From Candidatus Altimarinota bacterium (GTDB lineage Bacteria > Patescibacteriota > Gracilibacteria > CAIRYL01 > GCA-016699755): DNA of 64,000 bases. A program made the translations under genes and the position numbers. Under the pieces are notes generated by a model. That model was not told the origin of the DNA. It did no database searches and was given only the letters and a program-made list of their open reading frames with translations. Location of the stretch: contig OY760935.1 in NCBI GenBank assembly GCA_963664295.1, forward strand, positions 480,001-544,000. Direction: 5' to 3'. Below are positions 16,806 to 25,141 of this stretch, piece after piece; positions within the stretch are counted from its first letter, which is position 1, and each line of letters opens with the position of its first letter.

Positions 16806-18365
16806 TTATTGATTAGTAGCAAAGCCATTTAGTTTTTTCTTTTCCATTTTTGGGGTGACATTAAATTCTAATTTCTTCCCAGATGCTAAAATAGTTTGAG
16901 CTGTTAAAGAAGGCAAAGAGCCAAAAAACAAAGTCACCACCGGCAAAAGAAGCCATTGAAACAAAAGAGTAAACTTCTGAATTTTTCTTGGCGGAGGTGG
17001 CAAAGTTAAAAAACAAACCAACATAGCCACGAATAAGCCAAGTAAGGCAAAAGTGAAAAAATGTCCTATTAAATAAGCTGAATTTTCTGCAAAAACAGTT
17101 TCTCGAAAATTGGCATTAATAAGTCTTGGCACAGGGGTAGTTAAAGTAATAAGAATTGGTGCTGTTGCCCACATAAAATGAGACTCACACAAAATCCAAG
17201 CACGCCAAAGAGTATACCAAAAAGGTAGTTTTTTCTTATCTTTCCACCAATTTAAAAAAACAAAAGGAATATCGCTCGACCCCCACGCCCAACGCCTAAG
17301 CTGTAAAAACTGACCTTTTAAGCTTTTCCAAAGAGTCTCCTGTTGCATTGCATCTTGATAAACCGGAATAAAAACCGGAACTACCTTGTAATCACCTTGA
17401 AAATGAAAATAAGAACGCCAGTATTGGTGTCCATCTTCTACTATTGTTTTTGTTGACCAAAAATCCATTTCCGCCAAAGCATCAAGAGGTTGAGAATGAG
17501 TAGCAAAATTGCGCACAATATCAGGTCGAACATTAACGATCATGTGCCAAAATCCACTTGCAATAGAAACAAGCCTGTTCATCATTGGCACTTCCCAGAT
17601 ATTGTTAAAGAAAAAAGAAATTGGCTGAAATGATTTATGTTTACGCTTTTTTGCAAGACAATAATTATAAGTCATTGCATTAAAATAATTTTGATGCACG
17701 CAATTATCTGCATCAAGAGTAGTGACTAGCACTTTTTCAAACTTAAGCCCTTCTGCTTGCAAAATTTTTGAAACCTCTCTGCCTGCATGGGTTATATTTC
17801 CACCTTTTCCACGAACCTCACCTGCTATGCCATCTGGGTGTTCTGTATGAAAAATACGCCCAAAAACATCACCATATTGTTCTTTTATTATTTTAGCATG
17901 CTCTAAGCCCCTATCATGATCTCGTTCTTCGGTAGCTAAACATAAATAAATATTTTTTTTATTATAATTAGCATTAGCAACTGAGTTAATAGATTGCTTT
18001 AAAACCTCTAATGGCTCTTTGTAAGTTGCCACCACAACAAGATGGATTAATTCCGAAGGATAAATAAAATCATTGTTATTAACTAATTTTTCTCTTTTTA
18101 ATTGATCTTTTCTTGGTAAATTTACACCTTGCTCCAAGTTATCTATTTTTTTAAACCAATTAATATTCTGACTTCTTTTGTATTTCAAAAAAGAATAAAG
18201 CAAAAACCCCATAAACTCCATTGCTCTCACAAACCACATAGCAGAAAAAGCAACTATAAAAATCGCCACCACCATAGGATATTTAAAAGAAAGCACAACC
18301 GGTAAGATGATTGCTCCCCATGAAAAAAAAGCCGGCATTATTTCCAAAATTCTTCTTACTAACAT
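16806..18365 (-). CDS. Membrane GT2 glycosyltransferase (processive type)
   Basis: ATYKE, GKGGN, TLDAD, IVEDGHQY, QLRRWAWG; flanking TM helices. Confidence 0.9.
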   Translation of the reverse strand: MLVRRILEIMPAFFSWGAIILPVVLSFKYPMVVAIFIVAFSAMWFVRAMEFMGFLLYSFLKYKRSQNINWFKKIDNLEQGVNLPRKDQLKREKLVNNNDFIYPSELIHLVVVATYKEPLEVLKQSINSVANANYNKKNIYLCLATEERDHDRGLEHAKIIKEQYGDVFGRIFHTEHPDGIAGEVRGKGGNITHAGREVSKILQAEGLKFEKVLVTTLDADNCVHQNYFNAMTYNYCLAKKRKHKSFQPISFFFNNIWEVPMMNRLVSIASGFWHMIVNVRPDIVRNFATHSQPLDALAEMDFWSTKTIVEDGHQYWRSYFHFQGDYKVVPVFIPVYQDAMQQETLWKSLKGQFLQLRRWAWGSSDIPFVFLNWWKDKKKLPFWYTLWRAWILCESHFMWATAPILITLTTPVPRLINANFRETVFAENSAYLIGHFFTFALLGLFVAMLVCFLTLPPPPRKIQKFTLLFQWLLLPVVTLFFGSLPSLTAQTILASGKKLEFNVTPKMEKKKLNGFATNQ

Positions 18366-18367
18366 TC

Positions 18368-18589
18368 TTATAAAGCTTTAATTAAAAAATAAAAAGAAAA
18401 AACAATTAAAAAAGTGGAAACAGAAACAACAGAGGCAGTAGTATAAAAAACTCGAGGACTTAAGCTACGCACTTCAAAACTACGTTTTACGCACAAAATG
18501 GCAATAACAATATAAGCAACTAAGGCAATGCCAAATAAAATAATCAATAATATATTCATAGCTAATTTTCTTGGCTTAGATTTTGACAT
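18368..18589 (-). CDS. Small membrane protein (start uncertain)
   Basis: Two hydrophobic segments; ends 2 nt before the GT2 start. Confidence 0.6.
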   Translation of the reverse strand: MSKSKPRKLAMNILLIILFGIALVAYIVIAILCVKRSFEVRSLSPRVFYTTASVVSVSTFLIVFSFYFLIKAL

Positions 18590-18611
18590 ATTTTTTATCA
18601 AAAAGCAAAAC

Positions 18612-18640
18612 TTGACTTTTTTTCTGCAAAGGTCCATAAT
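18612..18640 (+). promoter_or_regulatory. sigma70 promoter of the thrS leader
   Basis: TTGACT-17 nt-CATAAT immediately before the T-box. Confidence 0.7.
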
Positions 18641-18647
18641 TTTTACG

Positions 18648-18835
18648 AAAGGACATGATTTTTAAGAAAGCGTTTAAGAGAGAATTGAGGTCGTGGCTGA
18701 AAACCTCAAAAATAGCGCTTAAAAATTACCACCTTTGACAAAAATTCGACTAAATCAACCTAAAACGAGTGTTTGGCACTAGCCAAGAAGTTGGGTGGAA
18801 CCGCCCCTAAAGGGTCCCAACAAAAAAACCTCGTT
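18648..18835 (+). ncRNA. T-box riboswitch (Thr)
   Basis: Stem I with AGAGA bulge and GCTGAAA distal loop; specifier ACC at 18728-18730; T-box AAGTTGGGTGGAACCGC; antiterminator GTTGGG/CCCAAC plus GCCC/GGGT. Confidence 0.88.
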
Positions 18836-18861
18836 ATTTTTATAAATTTTATAATAAAACC

Positions 18862-20595
18862 ATGAAAAAAGATGAAAGACTGGAAAAAATCCGGCACTCC
18901 GCCTCCCATGTATTAGCAATGGCGGTTTTAGAAATGTTTCCAGAAGCAAAGTTAGGCACGGGCCCTGCTATAGATAATGGTTTTTATTATGATTTTGAGC
19001 TTCCTCGTCCGCTTATCCCTGATGATCTTCCTATTCTTCAGAAAAAAATGACAACAATCAAACAAGCCAAAATCCCATTTGAGCACTACACAGAAAAAAT
19101 TGACGATGCAATTAAGTTTTATGAAAAAATTGACCAAGCTTATAAATTGGAACTAATTAAAGACCTTAAGGAAAAAGGTGAAAAAGAAGTTTCTTTTTAC
19201 AAAAATGGTGATGCTTTTGTTGATGTTTGTGCTGGCCCTCACGTTGAACACACTGGCGAAATTGGCGCTTTTAAACTCACTAAAATTGCTGGTTCTTATT
19301 GGCGTGGTGACGCAGAAAACACAATGCTAACTCGTATTTATGGTCTTGGTTTTGAAAATGACAAAGACCTTAGAAAATATGAAAAATTTCTTGAAGAAGC
19401 CAAAAAGAGAGATCATCGAGAAATTGGTAAAAAAATGGATCTATTTTCATTCCATGAAGAAGGAGCTGGTTTTCCATTTTGGCACAAAAATGGCATGATT
19501 GTGCGCAATGAATTGATTGATTACTGGCGCGAAATTCATAAAAGAGAAAACTATGAAGAAATTTCCACTCCAATAATTCTTAATGAGCAACTTTGGCATC
19601 AATCTGGTCATTGGGATAATTACAAAGAAAATATGTACTTCACTCAGATTGATGAACAAAACTTTGCAGTAAAACCAATGAACTGCCCTGGAGGTATGCT
19701 TGTTTACAAGGAAAAATCTCACTCATATCGAGAATTACCTTTAAGAGCTGGCGAGCTTGGATTAGTACACAGACACGAACTTTCCGGTGTTTTGCATGGA
19801 CTATTCCGTGTTCGTGCTTTCACTCAAGACGATGCACATATTTTCTGTACTGAAGAGCAAATGGAAGACGAAATTCTTGGTGTAGTTAATTTAATTGATG
19901 AAGTTTATTCAAAATTTGGATTTCCTTATCATATTGAGCTTTCAACTAGACCTGCAAAATCCATTGGCTCTGAAGAAATGTGGGAATTAGCAGAAAAAAC
20001 TTTACTCAATGTTCTCAAAAAATCAGGTAGAGATTATCAAATAAACGAAGGTGATGGTGCTTTTTATGGACCAAAACTAGATTTTCATATCAAAGATTGC
20101 CTTAATAGAACATGGCAATGTGCAACTGTGCAACTTGATTTTTCTATGCCTATGCGTTTTGAGCTTGAATACACTGGTGCAGATGGTGAAAAACACCGCC
20201 CAGTTATGCTCCATAGAGTAATTTTTGGTAGTATTGAGCGCTTTATTGGCATTCTCATTGAGCACACTGAAGGACTTTTACCGTTTTGGTTAGCCCCTGT
20301 ACAAGCTGTTTTAGTTCCTGTGAACGACGCTCAAATGAAATACGCAGAAGAAATAATGGAAAAAATGAAAAAAGAAAATATGCGTGTTGAGATCTGGACT
20401 CCAGAAAACTCTCTTGGCAAAAGAATTAGACAAGCGGAAATAAACCGCATTCCACAAATTTTAATTATTGGCGACAAGGAAGTGGAAAACAATTCTCTTA
20501 CAATCCGCAAGCCAAAAGAAAAACAACAAGAAAACATGGGAGCCAATGATTATATCAAAAAAATAACTGAAAAAATCAACAAAAGAGAAAGTTAA
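18862..20595 (+). CDS. thrS: Threonine--tRNA ligase
   Basis: RHSASHVLA, RDHREIGK, KPMNCPG, HRHELSGVLHGLFRVRAFTQDDAH, GSIERF. Confidence 0.99.
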   Translation: MKKDERLEKIRHSASHVLAMAVLEMFPEAKLGTGPAIDNGFYYDFELPRPLIPDDLPILQKKMTTIKQAKIPFEHYTEKIDDAIKFYEKIDQAYKLELIKDLKEKGEKEVSFYKNGDAFVDVCAGPHVEHTGEIGAFKLTKIAGSYWRGDAENTMLTRIYGLGFENDKDLRKYEKFLEEAKKRDHREIGKKMDLFSFHEEGAGFPFWHKNGMIVRNELIDYWREIHKRENYEEISTPIILNEQLWHQSGHWDNYKENMYFTQIDEQNFAVKPMNCPGGMLVYKEKSHSYRELPLRAGELGLVHRHELSGVLHGLFRVRAFTQDDAHIFCTEEQMEDEILGVVNLIDEVYSKFGFPYHIELSTRPAKSIGSEEMWELAEKTLLNVLKKSGRDYQINEGDGAFYGPKLDFHIKDCLNRTWQCATVQLDFSMPMRFELEYTGADGEKHRPVMLHRVIFGSIERFIGILIEHTEGLLPFWLAPVQAVLVPVNDAQMKYAEEIMEKMKKENMRVEIWTPENSLGKRIRQAEINRIPQILIIGDKEVENNSLTIRKPKEKQQENMGANDYIKKITEKINKRES

Positions 20596-20614
20596 TATTA
20601 TACTTTGTAAACAA

Positions 20615-20647
20615 AAAAAGACCTGATACTCAATATCAGGTCTTTTT
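20615..20647. terminator. Bidirectional intrinsic terminator
   Basis: aaaaagacctgata-ctcaa-tatcaggtcttttt between convergent genes. Confidence 0.8.
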
Positions 20648-20670
20648 AATTACTTAATTTAAACTGAACC

Positions 20671-21144
20671 TTAACCCAAACTTCCTCCACTAGGACTGCT
20701 TGAATCAGTTAATCTATCAACAATTGCTCCCATCATTTGAGTAATTTTACTCCAGCTAATATAAGAAACTAAGTCAAAATTAAATATACTTCCTAAAATT
20801 GCAATAATAGTCACAGCAAAAATGGTTACGATAAGACCAATAATAGCATAACGAATAGTATGAACAGCTTGTTTTACTTTATCTTCCTGTCCACCAGAAA
20901 GAATAAAAGAAATACCTCCAACAAAAATATAAAAAACAGAAAGACCAGCCGCTATAATAATAGCTAAAGCAACAAAAAGATTAGCAACATCAACAAAAGT
21001 AAAACCTTGCTCACTTGCAGTAAGAACAGCATTTGTGCCACTACCAGGAGCTACTGTTGTAGTTGTTTCACCGCTAATGTCTGTTGCACTTGTGCCTTGC
21101 AAACCAAAGCTAGTGCTATTGGAAGTATTTGTGTTTTCATCCAT
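20671..21144 (-). CDS. CPR-type pilin-like protein (TrbC/VirB2-like)
   Basis: IFVGGISFILSGGQEDKVKQAVHTIRYAIIGLIV pattern. Confidence 0.8.
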   Translation of the reverse strand: MDENTNTSNSTSFGLQGTSATDISGETTTTVAPGSGTNAVLTASEQGFTFVDVANLFVALAIIIAAGLSVFYIFVGGISFILSGGQEDKVKQAVHTIRYAIIGLIVTIFAVTIIAILGSIFNFDLVSYISWSKITQMMGAIVDRLTDSSSPSGGSLG

Positions 21145-21403
21145 CTTGTGAGGGTTCTAAAATTTTTAAATTAACTTGTTGATCTGTTTTAGCTCCCATT
21201 GCTCGCAAAAGGACGCGAACAGATTTTACAGTTTTTCCTCCTTTGCCAATAAATCTACCCATTTCTTCTTCTGGCAATAAAAGCTCAAAAAAGACTCCCC
21301 TATCATCAATTTTGCCTTTTAAATCAGCTTCGTCAGGATTATTTAAAATCCCACTTAAAATGAACTTTAAAAATTCTTCAAATTTTTTAATATCCTCACT
21401 CAT
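21137..21403 (-). CDS. khpA: KH-domain RNA-binding protein KhpA/YlqC
   Basis: MGRFIGKGGKTVKSVR; directly downstream of rpsP. Confidence 0.9.
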   Translation of the reverse strand: MSEDIKKFEEFLKFILSGILNNPDEADLKGKIDDRGVFFELLLPEEEMGRFIGKGGKTVKSVRVLLRAMGAKTDQQVNLKILEPSQDG

Positions 21404-21419
21404 ATTTTATTAAAAATTA

Positions 21420-22034
21420 TTATTTTTCCTCTGTTTTTTCTTCCTCTTTTGCTTCTTCTGCTGGAGCCTCTGCTTTTTCTTCAGCAGGTTTATCCTCTAC
21501 TTTTTCTTCTTCTGCTGGGGCTTCTGTTGCTTCCTCAGCCGAAACTTCTTCAGCTGGCTCTTCTTTCTTTTCTTCTTCAGCAGGTTTTTCTTCTGCTTTT
21601 TCTTCTTTTACTTCCTCAGTAGGAGCTTCTTCGGCTTTTACTTCTTCTGTTGCGCCTTCTGGCTCAGCTGGAGCTTCTGTTGTAGCAACTTCTTCGGCTG
21701 GAGCCTCTGCTTTTTCTTCTTCTGCTTTTTTAGCAGCTTCTTCAGCTTCTCTTTCAGCTTTTGTAGGTTTCATTTGTCTTTCTTCAATGTATTTTTCACA
21801 TTCAGAAATGCCATTTTTTGCGCATAATCTTGCCACTCTATCAGTTGGCAAAGCGCCTTTTGAAATCCAATATGAAATTCTTTCATTTTTTAATGAAATC
21901 TCTTTTGTATTAGGATTAAAATAGCCTAAAATTTCAACAAATCTTCCTTGTACAGGTTTTGAATGTTCGGCAACAACAAGTCTAAAAAATGGTGCTTTTC
22001 GTCTGCCTTGTCTTTGAAATCTGATTCTTAACAT
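21420..22034 (-). CDS. rpsP: 30S ribosomal protein S16 with long Glu/Ala/Lys/Pro tail
   Basis: MLRIRFQRQGRRKAPFFRLVV...GRFVEILGYFNP...YWISKGALPT. Confidence 0.96.
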   Translation of the reverse strand: MLRIRFQRQGRRKAPFFRLVVAEHSKPVQGRFVEILGYFNPNTKEISLKNERISYWISKGALPTDRVARLCAKNGISECEKYIEERQMKPTKAEREAEEAAKKAEEEKAEAPAEEVATTEAPAEPEGATEEVKAEEAPTEEVKEEKAEEKPAEEEKKEEPAEEVSAEEATEAPAEEEKVEDKPAEEKAEAPAEEAKEEEKTEEK

Positions 22035-22100
22035 ATTTGCTTTAAAAACTAAAATCAAAGCCTATTCTGCTCAAAAAGTCTTGAAAAGTCAATAAAAAAC

Positions 22101-22394
22101 TTAACCTGCCTTAACCACAATGTCATTTATTTTTATGTCCTGCAGGTTTTCATGTAAAAAACCTAATATATCTTGTTTTTTCATATGTATTTGATGAGCC
22201 CAAACAGGAGAAACAACTCTGATATATAAAGTTGCTTTCTTGAAAACAATACCTAAAACAACTTGATTATAGTTATCTTGCCAATTTGCTTGAAAAAATC
22301 TGCGAAAATGCTCAATAACCAAAGAAGACTTGGCAGAATCACCAAGTCCATACTTGTTTAATACTTTTGGCAAAATGTCGCTTAATCGCTTCAT
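22101..22394 (-). CDS. DUF721/DciA family protein
   Basis: L.DIL..L, TLYIRVVSPVWAHQI......IL..L pattern. Confidence 0.75.
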   Translation of the reverse strand: MKRLSDILPKVLNKYGLGDSAKSSLVIEHFRRFFQANWQDNYNQVVLGIVFKKATLYIRVVSPVWAHQIHMKKQDILGFLHENLQDIKINDIVVKAG

Positions 22395-22954
22395 TCTTGA
22401 ATTCTTTGAAGAAATTTCTTTTCTCTTGTGTCTACTTTTATTTTATCGCCTTCTGATACAAACAATGGCACTTGCACAATTATACCGTTATCGAGAGTGG
22501 CTGGTTTTGTGCCACCTTGTGCTGTGTCACCTTTGACCCCTGGAGGAGTTTCTATAACAGCAAAAACCATAGACACAGGCAATTGAACAGAAATAGGATT
22601 GTTTTCAAAATGCTGAATATCATAAGTTTCCCCTTCTACTAAAAATGGCACTTCTTCTTCTAAATTTTCTGTTGGAATTGCAAATTGCTCATAATCATCT
22701 TCACGCATAAAATTTTGAGATTCATTGTCGCCAAAAAGAAATTGTGCCTTAAAATAACCCACATCCGCAGGTTCTAGCTTTTCATTTCCTTGAAAAGTTT
22801 TTGGCAAACTTGCTCCTGTTTTAAGGTTTTTTACAGTTGTTTTTAAGACTCCACCTCCTCTTGCTTGCTTTGAGTGAATTGCCTTAATTACTAAATATGG
22901 CTCACCATCTAAAACAACTGTGTGTCCTGGTCGAACTTCTCCTATAGATAACAT
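22391..22954 (-). CDS. efp: Elongation factor P
   Basis: KQARGG loop (Arg at the modified position), PPGVKGDTAQGGTKPATL, VPLFV. Confidence 0.97.
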   Translation of the reverse strand: MLSIGEVRPGHTVVLDGEPYLVIKAIHSKQARGGGVLKTTVKNLKTGASLPKTFQGNEKLEPADVGYFKAQFLFGDNESQNFMREDDYEQFAIPTENLEEEVPFLVEGETYDIQHFENNPISVQLPVSMVFAVIETPPGVKGDTAQGGTKPATLDNGIIVQVPLFVSEGDKIKVDTREKKFLQRIQE

Positions 22955-23304
22955 AAGTAAATATTTAAAACTTCAAAAAAAATCTTGCCACAAGAAAAAA
23001 GAAAATTCAACCAGAGATTGCCACTTGATTTTTATAATGATGATTAAATTAAAATCTTTTTCTTTCGCCATTTATAATTTTATTTCCTTTTTGGCTGCAA
23101 AAAGGAAAAATAAAAAAATCAAACCCAACTCATTCAGGAGTCTTTTTTGGGCACAAAAAAAGAAATGGAAACAGTTAATAATATTTCATTCCTATAAAAC
23201 TACTATTCAAAAAATATAAAAATTGAATTTATTAAGCAGATCAAACTTTGCATTTTTGCCACTTGATTTTTATAAAAATCTTGTGCAAAATATAAACACA
23301 TAAA

Positions 23305-23482
23305 TCCAAGGAAAATAATTTGTGAAGTTGGAATAATAATAATTTTACTGAAAAACTTAAAATAATGACTTTTTTACATAGCAAACAAAGTAAAAATTTA
23401 GATCAAATTAAAAAAATATAGATCAAAGACAGTTTTTTCTGTGTAAAAATTAAACTTCAAAAAACAAATTTTTATCCTTGGA
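23305..23482 (+). ncRNA. Candidate structured RNA (6S-like rod or rny leader)
   Basis: Nested inverted repeats over 178 nt: tccaagga/tccttgga, aatttgt/acaaatt, tgaagtt/aacttca, tttttacatag/ctgtgtaaaaa; TTGATT-17-CAAAAT just upstream. Confidence 0.45.
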
Positions 23483-23513
23483 AAATATAATTTTCCAAAT
23501 TTTTTAACGCACT

Positions 23514-25064
23514 ATGGAACCTATGCAACTTATCATTGGGATCGCAATTGGTTTAATGGTAGGAATTGGTGCAGGCTACTTTTTTAAACGAGAGGACATT
23601 AGAAAGAAAAGCCTAGAACTTGAAGCTGAAAACGAAAGAAAAATTCGCCGTGCAGAGCAAAAAATTCATGAAAACGAAAAAAAAGCTCAAGACATCATCA
23701 ATTCTGCCAAGGATAAATCCCATGACATTGTTTCAAAAGCAAAAGACGAAGCACATCAATTTAGAAAAGATATCGAAAAAGATGCTGTTCGCATTGAACA
23801 AGAACAAAAAAACCTCAAAGAAAAAACCAAAGAAATCGAAAAACAAGCCCAAACAATTGACAAAGAAAAAGCAGAAATCACAGAAATGAAAGAAGAACTT
23901 ACCCTCACAATTGAAGAAGAAAAATCAAAGCTAGAAAAAATAGCTAAATTAAAACAATCCGAGGCAAAAGACCTTCTTTTAAAATTAGTTGAAAAAACTC
24001 ACGAACAAGACATTCTCGAAAAAATGCGCAGAGCAGAAGAAAATTTAAAAGAAACTCTTGATGACAAAGCAAAAAACACAATTGTCCAAGCTATTCAAAA
24101 AATCGCCTCTGATGTGACAGCAGAGTCTACTGTCACTGCTGTTTCAATTCCAAATGATGAAATGAAAGGACGCATTATTGGTCGTGAAGGTCGTAATATC
24201 AACACATTTGAAAGAGTGACTGGTACTGATGTGATTGTTGATGACACTCCTGGTGTTATTACTATTTCCGGCTATGATCTTCTTCGCAGATTTATTGCAA
24301 AAAGGTCTCTTGAAAAACTAATTGAAGACGGAAGAATTCACCCTGCTCGCATAGAAGAAGTTGTCAAAAAAACAACCGATGAAATTGATAAAATGGTCAA
24401 AGAATTTGGTGAACAAGCTGTATTTGAGACTGGGGTCACTGGCCTTCCTTCTGAGATTGTTAAAATCCTTGGTCGTCTTCGCTTCCGCACTTCATATGGT
24501 CAAAATGTACTTAAGCATGCTATCGAAGTATCTTTCTTGTCCGAAGCTATTGCTAACGAAGTTGGTGCTGATCCTGAATTAGCAAAAAAAGCCGGCTTGC
24601 TTCACGACATTGGTAAAGCAGTAAGCCAAGAAGTTGGCGGAAAACATGCTCTTCTTTCTGGCGAAATCTGCAGAAAATTCAAATTAAATGAAAAAATAAT
24701 CAATGCAGTTGAAGCCCACCATGAAGACAAAGATATGGAAAGCCCAGAAGCATTTATTATTGCTGCTGCTGATGCGATTTCCGCTTCTCGCCCAGGTGCT
24801 AGAAAAGAAACTCTCAACGCCTTTATTAAACGCATGAAAGACCTTGAAGAAATAGGTTGTTCATTTGAAGGAGTTGAAAAATGTTTTGCTATTCAAGCTG
24901 GTCGCGAAATCCGCATTATTGTTGACCCTGAAAAAATATCTGATCTTGATGCCAAAAAACTTTCCTGGGATATTGCTCGCAAAATCGAAAGTGATATGAC
25001 TTATCCAGGCGAAATTAAAGTCTTGGTTATGAGAGAATTAAGAAACGAAGAAATAGCCAGATAA
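23514..25064 (+). CDS. rny: Ribonuclease Y
   Basis: N-terminal TM, coiled coil, KH (MKGRIIGREGRNI), HD (LLHDIGKA). Confidence 0.98.
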   Translation: MEPMQLIIGIAIGLMVGIGAGYFFKREDIRKKSLELEAENERKIRRAEQKIHENEKKAQDIINSAKDKSHDIVSKAKDEAHQFRKDIEKDAVRIEQEQKNLKEKTKEIEKQAQTIDKEKAEITEMKEELTLTIEEEKSKLEKIAKLKQSEAKDLLLKLVEKTHEQDILEKMRRAEENLKETLDDKAKNTIVQAIQKIASDVTAESTVTAVSIPNDEMKGRIIGREGRNINTFERVTGTDVIVDDTPGVITISGYDLLRRFIAKRSLEKLIEDGRIHPARIEEVVKKTTDEIDKMVKEFGEQAVFETGVTGLPSEIVKILGRLRFRTSYGQNVLKHAIEVSFLSEAIANEVGADPELAKKAGLLHDIGKAVSQEVGGKHALLSGEICRKFKLNEKIINAVEAHHEDKDMESPEAFIIAAADAISASRPGARKETLNAFIKRMKDLEEIGCSFEGVEKCFAIQAGREIRIIVDPEKISDLDAKKLSWDIARKIESDMTYPGEIKVLVMRELRNEEIAR

Positions 25065-25141
25065 TAAAATTGCTCATAAGCAAATGGTCTTGTAAAATAG
25101 TGGTAAATTTTTGCCACTATTTTTAATTTAAAAAAATAAAT

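Noticed and set aside
22920-23219. 99-aa plus-strand ORF
   Set aside because: Overlaps the efp start on the opposite strand, is low-complexity K/F/I-rich and has no motif
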